From Myxococcota bacterium (lineage in GTDB: Bacteria; Myxococcota_A; Polyangia; Polyangiales; Sandaracinaceae): DNA of 36,424 nucleotides. The translations under genes were made by a program, and so were the position numbers. Below are positions 19,409-28,877 of this stretch, piece by piece. The number at the start of each line of letters is the position of its first letter. The first letter of the stretch is position 1. The notes under the pieces were generated by a model. That model saw only the letters and a list, made by a program, of their open reading frames with translations, had not been told where the DNA came from and made no database searches. The DNA lies in assembly GCA_036149055.1 (NCBI GenBank), contig JAYZQJ010000117.1:1-36424 (forward strand). Reading direction: 5' to 3'.

Positions 19409-20970
19409 CCCGCCCGCTCCGCATCGGCTACGGCCGCGTCTTCCACGAGGCCAACGCGTTTTCGCCGCTCCGCACGGAGCTGGAGGACTTCCACCGCATG
19501 CACCGGCTCGAGGGGGCGGCGCTGGCCGAGGCGACGCGCCTCCGGGGCAGCGAGCTCGAGGGCTACATGCCGCACGCCGAGCTGACCGGCTTCCGGGCCG
19601 CCGCCCGGCTGGCTCGCGGCGTCGAGACGGTGCCGCTCGCCTCCTCGCTCGCGGTGCCCAACGGCCCGCTGACCCGCGCCTGCTTCGACTTCATCGTGGA
19701 GGACCTGGTCGAGCGCATCGCGCGGGCGCGGGCGCTCGACGGCGTGTACCTCGCGCTGCACGGCTCGATGGAGGTCGACGGGCTCGACGAGGCGCCCGAG
19801 GCGGTGATCCTGCGGCGGGTCCGGGCCGCGCTCCCGGGCGGGGCGAAGATCGCGGCGAGCTTCGATCTCCACGGCAACCTCTCGGCCGGCATCGTCGAGC
19901 CGCTCGACACGCTCGTCGCCTACCGCACCAACCCGCACTGGGATCTGGCGCCCAGCGGCTTCCGCGCCGGCCGGCGCCTCATCCAGAGCCTGCGCGGCGA
20001 GATCCGTCCGACCCACGCCTGGCGCAAGCTGCCGATGGTGCTCGGCGGAGGCGTGACGATCGACTTCCTCGCGCCGATGCGCGGCGTCTTCCGCTGGATG
20101 CGGCGGCTCGAGCGGGACCCGCGGGTGCTCAGCGCGAGCCTCTTCATGGTCCACCCCTACACCTCGGCCCCCGACCTCGGCTGGGCGGTGCACGTGGCCA
20201 CCGACGACGATCCGGCGCTCGCCGCCGAGCTCGCCGATCAGCTCGCCGACCGCGCCTGGGCCCAGCGTCACGTGGAGCTGCCGCCGATGCACACGGTGAG
20301 CGAGGCGCTCGAGGAGGCGGCGCGCAGCCCGTGGCGCAAGCTCGGCCCGATCTGCTTCGTCGACGTAGACGACATCGTCGGCGCGGGCGCGCCGGGCGGC
20401 AACACGCACTTCGCCAAGGCCTTCGCCGAGGGCGCCACCGGGCTCCGCGGCTACGTGCCGGTGCACGATCCGGCCGCGCTCGAGGCGGCGTGGGCGGCGG
20501 GGGAGGGCGCGCGCCTCGGGGTCACGCTGCGCGGCACGCCCGGCTACGGCCAGCCCGAGGTGGAGCTCGACGCGCGGGTGGCGCGCCTGCAGCGCGGGGA
20601 CTTCGGCCGCATCGCGCGGCTCGACGTCGAGACGAAGCGGGGCGGCTTCCACGTCGCGGTCAGCGAGACGCCGCCGCTGCCCATCCACCCGAAGTTCTGG
20701 CGCGAGCTCGGCCTCGACCCGCGCCAGGCCGACGTGATCGTGCAGAAGAACTTCTTCCACTACCGGATGTTCTACGCCGCGACCTCGTTCTCCCACCTGC
20801 CGGTGGTCACCGACGGCGCGACCAGCCTGAGCCGCGTGCGCACCCGCGAGTACCGCGTGCCCACCTTCCCCGGCCAGGACCCCGGCGACTGGCGCCTCTC
20901 GGACCGGGTCCTGCGCGAGGGTCGGGTCAGCGGTTCCGCTCGTAGAGGAGGCGCAGGCCCTCGAGCGTGA
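19405..20970 (+). CDS. M81 family (MlrC-like) metallopeptidase (521 aa)
   Basis: [56 protein letters not shown] overlap with the tetR stop. Confidence 0.9.
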   Translation: MTRPLRIGYGRVFHEANAFSPLRTELEDFHRMHRLEGAALAEATRLRGSELEGYMPHAELTGFRAAARLARGVETVPLASSLAVPNGPLTRACFDFIVEDLVERIARARALDGVYLALHGSMEVDGLDEAPEAVILRRVRAALPGGAKIAASFDLHGNLSAGIVEPLDTLVAYRTNPHWDLAPSGFRAGRRLIQSLRGEIRPTHAWRKLPMVLGGGVTIDFLAPMRGVFRWMRRLERDPRVLSASLFMVHPYTSAPDLGWAVHVATDDDPALAAELADQLADRAWAQRHVELPPMHTVSEALEEAARSPWRKLGPICFVDVDDIVGAGAPGGNTHFAKAFAEGATGLRGYVPVHDPAALEAAWAAGEGARLGVTLRGTPGYGQPEVELDARVARLQRGDFGRIARLDVETKRGGFHVAVSETPPLPIHPKFWRELGLDPRQADVIVQKNFFHYRMFYAATSFSHLPVVTDGATSLSRVRTREYRVPTFPGQDPGDWRLSDRVLREGRVSGSARRGGAGPRA

Positions 20971-21691
20971 GGTCGGGGGCGACGCTCTCGATCGTCTTGC
21001 TCTCGGGCTGCACGAGCCGCGCGAGGCCGCCGGTGGCGATCACGCGCAGCGGGTAGCCGAGCTCGCCGCGGATGCGCTCCACCAGGCCGTCGACGAGGCC
21101 GACGTAGCCGTAGACGATGCCCGACTGCATCGAGTTGATCGTGTTGCGGCCGACGACCCGCGGCGGCTTGGCGACCTCGACCCGCGGCAGCTTGGCCGCC
21201 CGGGCGAAGAGCGCGTCCGCGCTGATCTGGATGCCGGGCGCGATGACGCCGCCGAGGTACTCGCCCTTGGGGCTGACCACGTCGAAGGTGGTGGCGGTGC
21301 CGAAGTCGACGACGATGACCGCCTCGCCCACCCGCGCGTAGGCCGCGACCGCGTTGACGATGCGGTCCGCGCCGACCTCGCGGGGGTTCTCGTAGAGGAT
21401 CGGCACGCCGGTCTTGATGCCGGGGCCGACGACGAGCGGGTCGAAGCCGAAGGCGAGCGCGATCGCCGCGCTCAGGATCTCGGTCACCGCGGGCACCACC
21501 GACGCGATGATCGCGGCCTCGACCTCCTCGCGATCGATCTCGGCCACGTCGAGCAGCGAGCGCAGCAGCACGTGGTACTCGTCGAGCGTCCGCTCCTTGT
21601 CGGAGCCGATCCGGAAGTCGTGGACCAGATCGTCGCCCTCGAAGAACCCGAGCACGGTCTGGGTGTTACCGACGTCGACGACGAGCAGCAT
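20927..21691 (-). CDS. coaX: Type III pantothenate kinase
   Basis: [68 protein letters not shown]. Confidence 0.97.
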   Translation of the reverse strand: MLLVVDVGNTQTVLGFFEGDDLVHDFRIGSDKERTLDEYHVLLRSLLDVAEIDREEVEAAIIASVVPAVTEILSAAIALAFGFDPLVVGPGIKTGVPILYENPREVGADRIVNAVAAYARVGEAVIVVDFGTATTFDVVSPKGEYLGGVIAPGIQISADALFARAAKLPRVEVAKPPRVVGRNTINSMQSGIVYGYVGLVDGLVERIRGELGYPLRVIATGGLARLVQPESKTIESVAPDLTLEGLRLLYERNR

Positions 21692-21732
21692 GGTCTCCCT
21701 CGGTGCCCTGCGCCGGGCCCGGCGTCAAGCGA

Positions 21733-22272
21733 TCAGCGCGGCCGCAGCGAGAGCGTGCGCGAGAGCAGCTCGCCGAAGGTGCGCGGCGCGGGGCGGCTGA
21801 CCACGCGGGCGACCGGTCCGGCCGGGGCGCCCGGGCGCGAGATCGGGAGCGACTCGCGGGCCGGCGCGGCCGGGCTCGCGGCCACGGCGGGGGCGCGGGT
21901 CCCGAGCGGCGCGGTCGGCTGCTCCGAGGTGTCGATCTCGGGCTCGTCGTGGGTGACGGTGATCTCGGGCTCGTCGTCGTCGACGGTGATCTCGACGACC
22001 GGCTCGTCGTCCTCCATCGCCGGCGGCGGGCTGCTCTCGAGCTCGATCTCGAGGGCCTGCTCCATCGGCGTGGGCTTGATCGGGCGCGGGGCCGCGCGAT
22101 CCTCACTCTCCGCCTCCGGCGCGAGCTCGAGGGCGGGCGCCTTCGGCGTCACCGGACGCTCGGCGGTGATCGGCTCGGCGGCCTCGACGGCCAGCGGCGC
22201 GGGGCGCGGGCGGCGCCGGTCCTGGATGCGCTCGAGGAGACCCTCGAGCTTGGCGACCTGCTCGGCGCTCAT
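21733..22272 (-). CDS. Hypothetical protein, mostly low-complexity (179 aa)
   Basis: MSAEQVAKLEGLLERIQDRR N-terminal helix, acidic EPxxEITV repeats, C-terminal TFGELLSRTLSLRPR; 4-nt overlap with the upstream gene; good GC3 bias. Confidence 0.72.
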   Translation of the reverse strand: MSAEQVAKLEGLLERIQDRRRPRPAPLAVEAAEPITAERPVTPKAPALELAPEAESEDRAAPRPIKPTPMEQALEIELESSPPPAMEDDEPVVEITVDDDEPEITVTHDEPEIDTSEQPTAPLGTRAPAVAASPAAPARESLPISRPGAPAGPVARVVSRPAPRTFGELLSRTLSLRPR

Positions 22273-22817
22273 GCGTTCTCCGGGGCGAGGCGAGAGACGA
22301 TGGCCCCGACGTCGTCGCCGCCGCGGGCCCACTTCCAGATCTGCTGGGCGACGCTCGGGTCCACGACCATGAAGCGGCCGCCGCGGCCGACCGGCACGCA
22401 CGCGACCTCGGTCCCGCCGAGCGCCGAGAGCAGCCCGCCGAGGAGGGCCGCCACGCCGAGGTGGTCGTCGTCGAGCGCGGGCAGCGCCTCGAGCGACGCG
22501 ACCAGCGCGTCCCCCCAGCGCTCCATCTCGAGCCGGCCCCAGCCGAAGAGCGAGAGGATGGCGGCCGCGTGGCCGAGCACCTCCTCGATCGGGCGCTCGC
22601 CCGCGGACCCGCCGAGCTGGCCGAGCACCGCGTCGCCGAGCTGGCGGCCCATCTTGCGCACCGCGGTGAGGTCTCCGCCCTCCACCGCGGCCGAGATCAG
22701 GGGCGCGAGCACGTCGTCGGAGAGCACGAGCACCCTCTCTCCGCCCCGGGCGCGCACGGCGCCCTTCGCGAGGTCGAACTCGAAGTACCCGCCGGGATCG
22801 AAGGATGCGTCCGCCAT
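22269..22817 (-). CDS. Stand-alone V4R/XylR-N-like domain protein (182 aa)
   Basis: FEFDLAKGAVRARGGERVLVL, RKMGRQLG, SLFGWGRLE and LLGGLLSALGG match the XylR-N/V4R pattern. GGGAG RBS upstream of ATG 22817. Confidence 0.65.
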   Translation of the reverse strand: MADASFDPGGYFEFDLAKGAVRARGGERVLVLSDDVLAPLISAAVEGGDLTAVRKMGRQLGDAVLGQLGGSAGERPIEEVLGHAAAILSLFGWGRLEMERWGDALVASLEALPALDDDHLGVAALLGGLLSALGGTEVACVPVGRGGRFMVVDPSVAQQIWKWARGGDDVGAIVSRLAPENA

Positions 22818-22862
22818 AGCTGCTCCCACGCGACTCCTGCCTGACAATCGCGCGCGATTGCT

Positions 22863-22892
22863 GGTGTATTCGGTGGCCGACGAGGGTGTCAA
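22863..22892 (-). promoter_or_regulatory. Candidate sigma70 promoter for the V4R-like/hypothetical/coaX operon
   Basis: Minus strand TTGACA-N18-TACACC, followed by the 16-bp palindrome caatcgcgcgcgattg at 22845-22860. Confidence 0.4.
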
Positions 22893-22974
22893 ATCCTTTG
22901 CGGACCGGCCGGGTTCCGCCAACCGACGAAAATTGCGGATCGCGGCGGCCGGCTCTGCTACCACGCGGGGGCGG

Positions 22975-24369
22975 ATGCGCGGTTGGATCTCAGGGTCGGC
23001 TCGCGCGGTGACCGTCTGTGCCGCGCTCGCCTCGCTCCTCGCCGCCTCGCCCCGGGCGCAGGCGCAGGACGAAGAGGAGGGCGTCTTCGACGAGTTCGCC
23101 GAGGCGATCGCCGAGAGCATGGCCCCGCGCTGGGTCGGCCCTCGGGTGGACTGGCCCGAGCGGCGCCCCCGGCCGATGGCGCTCGGCGCGACTCCGTCCT
23201 CGCTCCACCCGTTGAGCGTGCACGTCGGCCCGACCGCGCACCCCGCGCTCGCCCGGGCCGCGCTCGACGGGCTCGAGGAGGCGCACGGCTGGCTCGAGCG
23301 CAACGGCTGGCCGACCGCGCCGCCCGACGGAGGCTACGGCGGCACGCCGGGCTTCGATCTCTACCTGGTGCGCGACGCGGGCGCGGGCGAGCGCGGCGTC
23401 TGGGCGTCGTGGGACGCGCCGATCCCCTGGGGCGGCCTCGACGCGGTGACCAGCTTCGCGGTGATCGACGCCGACGCGCCGCCGGACCGGGCGCGGGCCT
23501 GCGCGGTCGACGCCTACGTGCAGGCGAGCTTGCTCTCGACGGACCCGGCCGAGGCCGAGGCGTGGCGGGTGGCGACGGGCACCTACGTCGCCTGGCTGCT
23601 CACCGGCCACTGGGGCTGCGGCGACGGCCTGGCCGAGCGCCTGCGCGAGCCCGATCGCGGCTGGGTCACCGCCGAGCCCGACACCGGCCTCACCGGCGCC
23701 GTGTTCCTCGCGATGCTCTCGGCCCGCACCGACGGCCTGACCGGCGACTTCATCCGCGATCTGTGGACGGGCGCTCCGCAGCTCACCTGGGAGGGCGAGG
23801 GCCTGCGGGCCGCGCCGGACATGTGGCAGGTGATCTACACGGTGATGGAGGTGGGCCAGGACCCGCTCCCGCGCCTGATCGAGGAGATGGCGGTCGCGCG
23901 CTTCTTCGCCGGCGGGGAGGGTCGCCGGGCCGGCGCGCCCCTCGGCGTGGTGCGCAGCCTGCCCGAGGACGCCGAGGTGCCGCTCGTGGGCTCCACCGCG
24001 TGGGCCTCGCTGCCGCGTCGCTACGAGCCGCACGGCCTGGAGCTCGAGCCGTTCGGCTCCGCCTACCTCGTGGTCGACACCGCCGACGCCCCCGCGGGCT
24101 CGGTGCTCCGGGTCTGGCTGCGCGGCGAGTACGGGGTCGGCTGGTCACTGATCGCGGTGCGCCTCGGCGCCGACGGGACCGAGCGGGGCCGGGTGCGCGC
24201 CCCGGTCCGGCCCCGGACGCCGCGGAGCTACATCCCGCTCGAGCTGACCGACGACGAGACCGAGAAGGTGCTGCTCGTCGTGACGAACATGGGCGCGCGC
24301 CTCCCCGACGCCGACGAGCCGGAGGACATGGTGCGCGCCTTCCGGCTGATCCTCGACAAGTCGGAGTGA
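22975..24369 (+). CDS. Secreted MXAN_6640-like protein, apparently lacking HExxH (464 aa)
   Basis: Signal peptide ending AQA-Q; LEEAHGWLERNGWPTAPPDGGYGGTPGFDLYL resembles the MXAN_6640 putative metalloprotease family; FIRDLW; C-terminal beta domain ending LLVVTN. No HExxH in the translation. Confidence 0.65.
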   Translation: MRGWISGSARAVTVCAALASLLAASPRAQAQDEEEGVFDEFAEAIAESMAPRWVGPRVDWPERRPRPMALGATPSSLHPLSVHVGPTAHPALARAALDGLEEAHGWLERNGWPTAPPDGGYGGTPGFDLYLVRDAGAGERGVWASWDAPIPWGGLDAVTSFAVIDADAPPDRARACAVDAYVQASLLSTDPAEAEAWRVATGTYVAWLLTGHWGCGDGLAERLREPDRGWVTAEPDTGLTGAVFLAMLSARTDGLTGDFIRDLWTGAPQLTWEGEGLRAAPDMWQVIYTVMEVGQDPLPRLIEEMAVARFFAGGEGRRAGAPLGVVRSLPEDAEVPLVGSTAWASLPRRYEPHGLELEPFGSAYLVVDTADAPAGSVLRVWLRGEYGVGWSLIAVRLGADGTERGRVRAPVRPRTPRSYIPLELTDDETEKVLLVVTNMGARLPDADEPEDMVRAFRLILDKSE

Positions 24370-26129
24370 TGCGCGCGGGGATCGGGCTCGCGCTCTGGCT
24401 CGCCGCGGCGGGCGCGAGCGCGCAGCTGCCCGAGCGCTTCGTGCGGGCCCCGCTCACCGAGGTGGCGGTGGCGCGGATCGGCGCCGACGTGGTGGCCGAG
24501 ACCGACGGGCTGCGCGGGGCGGGCGTCACCGTCTGTGTGGTCGACACGGGGATCGATTCCGGGCACCCCCGGGTCGGTGAGGCGCGCGGCTACGACGCGG
24601 TCGCGCGCGCCGAGGTCGAGCCCTCCGACCGGCACGGGCACGGCACCGCGATGGCTTCGATCGTCCGCGCGGTCGCGCCGGAGGCGGCGCTGGTCGCGGC
24701 CGACGCGTGGGACGCGGAGCGCGGCGGCTTCCCCGACGAGGCGGTGGTGGAGGCGGCGCGCTTCTGCCGGGCGTCGGTCGCCGGGCCGCTCGTGATCCTG
24801 CTCGCGCTCGGCGGCCACGACGGCCCCCACGACGGCCGCGGCGCGTTCGAGCGCGCCCTGATCCGGGCGGCGGACGGCGTGCCCCTCGTCGCCGCCGCCG
24901 GCAACGACGGCGAGCGGGCGGTGCGCGCGGCGGGGCGGGTGCTGGCCGGCGAGACCGCCCGCGTCGAGGTGCGGGTCCCCCGCCCGGCCGTCGACGCGCC
25001 CGAGCTCGGCCTGTCCCTCGCGTTCCGGCCGGACGGCGGCGCCGCGGCCTGGCGGGTCGACGGCTCCGAGTGGCAACCCGGCGTGCGATCGTTCGAGATG
25101 GAGGCCGACGGCCGGCGGCACGCGGTCGCGCCCGACGGCGAGGACCCGCGCGTGGCCCGCCTGCGCACCGTCGGCGCGCTCGAGACCTTCCACGTCGAGG
25201 TGCGCGGCCCGGCGTCCTTCGAGCTCTTCCTCTCCCGCGCGCGGCTCGGCCCGACGTTCCTGCCGGCCGGGCTCGCCGGCCCCTGGGCCCGGACCGACGA
25301 GGTCGTCACCGTGCCCGCCACCGCCCCCGCGATCGTCGCGGTCGGCGCCACCGTCTCGCGGCCCGAGCGCGTCGGCCGGCCCCTCGAGACGCGGGCCGGC
25401 GCGGCGGCGTTCTCGTCGGTGGGCCCGACCTCGAGCGGGCACCCGAAGCCCGACCTCGTCGCCCCCGGCGGCTGGATCCTCGCCGCCCTCAGCCGGGATC
25501 TCGAGCCCGGCGACGACGAGAACCTGCTCGGCGGCCGGACCGAGCTCGTCGCCGACGACGGCCGGGTCGCGGTGCGGGGCACCTCCGCCGCGGCGGCCCT
25601 CGTCGCCGGCGCGCTGGCCCTGATGCTGGAGCGCGATCCGAGCCGCGCGGGCGAGGCGCGCGCCCTGCTGGCCGCGAGCGCCTCCGGCGAGACCTGGACT
25701 CCGTCGCGCGGCTGGGGCGAGCTCGACGTGGTCGCCCTGCGCGACGCCTGGGACGGCCGCCTCACGCGCGCCCCGTCGCTCACCTACACGCGACGATACG
25801 TGCCGACCGACGAGGCCCTGCAGCTCACCGCCCGCGGCGGCCCCCTGACCCTGCGCCGCGGCGCGCGCGTCTGGACCTTCCACCCGAGCGCCGGCCTCCT
25901 CGAGCCCCGCTTCGACCCCGGCCCGGCCTTCGTCGGCGCCCCGCTCCGCTTCGAGGTCACCCACGGGGGCGGCGCCTCCACCCTCGACGTCCCGGTCGTG
26001 CTCGACCGCAGCCCGCGCGGGCCGGTCCTCCCGAGCGGCGGCTGCGCGGTCGGCGCCCCCGCGAGCGCGCGCTGGCCGATCGCCGCGCTGCTCGTGGCGG
26101 CGACGCTGCGCCTCCGGAGGCGGCGATGA
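24369..26129 (+). CDS. S8 (subtilisin-like) serine peptidase with MYXO-CTERM-like tail (586 aa)
   Basis: Catalytic motifs VVDTGID, HGHGTAMAS, AAAGNDG, RGTSAAAALVAG; FSSVGP...KPDLVAPG; signal peptide; C-terminal SGGCAVG...hydrophobic-RLRRRR; TGATG coupling with the upstream gene. Confidence 0.9.
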   Translation: MRAGIGLALWLAAAGASAQLPERFVRAPLTEVAVARIGADVVAETDGLRGAGVTVCVVDTGIDSGHPRVGEARGYDAVARAEVEPSDRHGHGTAMASIVRAVAPEAALVAADAWDAERGGFPDEAVVEAARFCRASVAGPLVILLALGGHDGPHDGRGAFERALIRAADGVPLVAAAGNDGERAVRAAGRVLAGETARVEVRVPRPAVDAPELGLSLAFRPDGGAAAWRVDGSEWQPGVRSFEMEADGRRHAVAPDGEDPRVARLRTVGALETFHVEVRGPASFELFLSRARLGPTFLPAGLAGPWARTDEVVTVPATAPAIVAVGATVSRPERVGRPLETRAGAAAFSSVGPTSSGHPKPDLVAPGGWILAALSRDLEPGDDENLLGGRTELVADDGRVAVRGTSAAAALVAGALALMLERDPSRAGEARALLAASASGETWTPSRGWGELDVVALRDAWDGRLTRAPSLTYTRRYVPTDEALQLTARGGPLTLRRGARVWTFHPSAGLLEPRFDPGPAFVGAPLRFEVTHGGGASTLDVPVVLDRSPRGPVLPSGGCAVGAPASARWPIAALLVAATLRLRRRR

Positions 26130-26554
26130 ACGTGCTGACCGTGACCCGCGAGCCCGTGCCGTATCGGATCGATGGCGTCCTCCAGCCCGAGCCCGCCCTC
26201 ATGCACATGTTCGTGGTCGACGGGCAGCGCATGTCCGAGCGGCTCGGCTTCGACGACGCGCGGCCCTGGTTCGGCCGGACGTGGCTCGACGGCGGCGCCG
26301 CTGGAGGGCTCGCGCAGCTGCTCGGCTCGGCCGCGCCGGACAACCAGTGGGGCTCGGGCCGCCTCGTGCTGTTCGGTTGTCACTGCGGCTCCGACTACTG
26401 CGGCGTCATCTCGTGTCGCCTCGAGCAGGACGCCGACACCGTGCGCTGGCTCGACGTGCGCTACGAAGGGGACGACGATCCGCCGCCGTACCCGGGACGC
26501 CTCGAGCGTCTGATCTTCGACCGCGCCGCCTACCGACGCGTCCTCCGCATGTGA
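26126..26554 (+). CDS. Hypothetical protein with CxCG-x3-CG motif (142 aa)
   Basis: ATGA overlap with the S8 gene and GGAGG RBS; GRLVLFGCHCGSDYCGVISCRLEQDADTVRW...FDRAAY. Confidence 0.75.
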   Translation: MNVLTVTREPVPYRIDGVLQPEPALMHMFVVDGQRMSERLGFDDARPWFGRTWLDGGAAGGLAQLLGSAAPDNQWGSGRLVLFGCHCGSDYCGVISCRLEQDADTVRWLDVRYEGDDDPPPYPGRLERLIFDRAAYRRVLRM

Positions 26555-26594
26555 GGCTGGTGGCGCGAGGGTTGGGGTCCTACTCTCCGCGGCG

Positions 26595-27484
<890 letters not shown>

Positions 27485-27506
<22 letters not shown>

Positions 27507-28138
27507 CGCGGTCGCATCCAGACCAGCGCGAAGCCGGTCACCACGCCGGCGGTCAGGCCCATCAGCCCGCCACCCACGGCGAACGCCGCCGCGAACCAGG
27601 CGGGCCCGGCGTCATCGGGGACGAGCGAGGGCGTCACGAAGGTGAACGGGACGCCGAGCAGCCACCCGAGCACGTTCGCCCACAGCCAGCGTGCGGGGCG
27701 CTCCGCGTGCTCGCGCAGGAGGCGGGCCTGGACTCCCCCGATGCTGAGCAGGACGAGCACGCCGGCGATCACTCCGAGCGTCACCTGGACCGCGAGCGGC
27801 AGCGGCGTCAGCTCGTCGAGGGTCGGCCCGAGCATGCCGAGCGCCCAGGCGACGCTGGCCGCCGCGCCGGTGTGGAGGACCCAGCGTCGTCGGTCGACCC
27901 GCGCGAACCGCGCGCGGAGCGGCCCGAGCTGAAAGCGCGCGAGCACGGCGCCTTCGCCGAAGCCGAGCGCGACCGCGGCGAGGTACATCGCGCAGGCGCG
28001 CGCGGCGTCGCTCGAGGACGCGGTGGCGAGGTGGACGAGCGCGCCTCCGGTCGCCGGGAGGAGCCCGAAGCCCAGGATCTCACCCAGCGTGAACGCACGC
28101 ACCCAGCGCATGAAGAGACGTCGGTCCTCGGGGCGCAT
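27485..28138 (-). CDS. Hypothetical polytopic membrane protein (217 aa)
   Basis: About six hydrophobic helices with internal repeat RWVxA / RRWVLHT / RWLWAN and QxxxLR. Confidence 0.75.
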
Positions 28139-28171
28139 CGCGCCGCAGATCTACGCACCTCCGGGGGCCCG

Positions 28172-28867
28172 TCACCCCAGCGGGACGACCCAGGCGTCGT
28201 GATCGGCGGCCAGGGCGCCGGGGAGGTCGACCCAGCGCACGTCGGCGTCGAGGATGCGCGCGTCGGCGGAGGCGACCACGTGGGGCGACGCCATGAGCGC
28301 GCCGTCCGGATCCCAGACCACCTCGCAGCGCCAGCGCCAGCCGCCCGCCTCGGCCCGCTCCCGGAGCAGCGAGGCCAGCCGGCCGCTGCTCGAGACCGGG
28401 CGGTCGAGCCACCACACGACCTCGGAGGCGTGCGCGGTGGCCGCGCCGAGCGCGTCGACGACCTCGATCGTGTGGGAGACCCGCCGCCACGCGCCGTGCA
28501 CGCTCGCGAGATCCCGGTGCGCCCCGTCGCGGCCGACCAGCACCACCCCGCCGGCCAGGACCGACTCGCCGACGATCAGCGCGTTGAAGCCGTCCACGTG
28601 GAGCGGCGCCCCGGCGAGCGCCGACATCGGGAGGCGCCGCGCGCGCCGCGCCTCCGCCGCCTCGTCCGGGCACGCGCAGTGGCGCACCGCCTTGCGCTGC
28701 CGGGTGGTGAGCCGGTGTCGGTCGCCGACGAGCTTCAGCGACGAGGTCTCGGCGTAGCCGCGGGTGAGGAGCCAGGACAGATCGGCGACCGCCGACCGCA
28801 GCCGCGCGTGCTGGTCTTCGCCGAACAGCGCCGGGTCCTCGGGCGCCGGGCCGCGGCCGCGAGGCAC
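28172..28867 (-). CDS. DUF434-family protein with PIN/NYN-like C-terminal domain (231 aa)
   Basis: AVADLSWLLTRGY...SLKLVGDRHRL..RQR; LHVDGFNALI; GRDGAHRDLA; LDRPVSSSG; VVASADARILD. GTG start 10 nt after the pcnB stop. Confidence 0.85.
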   Translation of the reverse strand: MPRGRGPAPEDPALFGEDQHARLRSAVADLSWLLTRGYAETSSLKLVGDRHRLTTRQRKAVRHCACPDEAAEARRARRLPMSALAGAPLHVDGFNALIVGESVLAGGVVLVGRDGAHRDLASVHGAWRRVSHTIEVVDALGAATAHASEVVWWLDRPVSSSGRLASLLRERAEAGGWRWRCEVVWDPDGALMASPHVVASADARILDADVRWVDLPGALAADHDAWVVPLG

Positions 28868-28877
28868 CTTCCTGGCT

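Noticed and set aside
19405..20970. Microcystin degradation pathway
   Set aside because: Only an MlrC-family member is present; no mlrA, mlrB or mlrD in the window, and the family is widespread.
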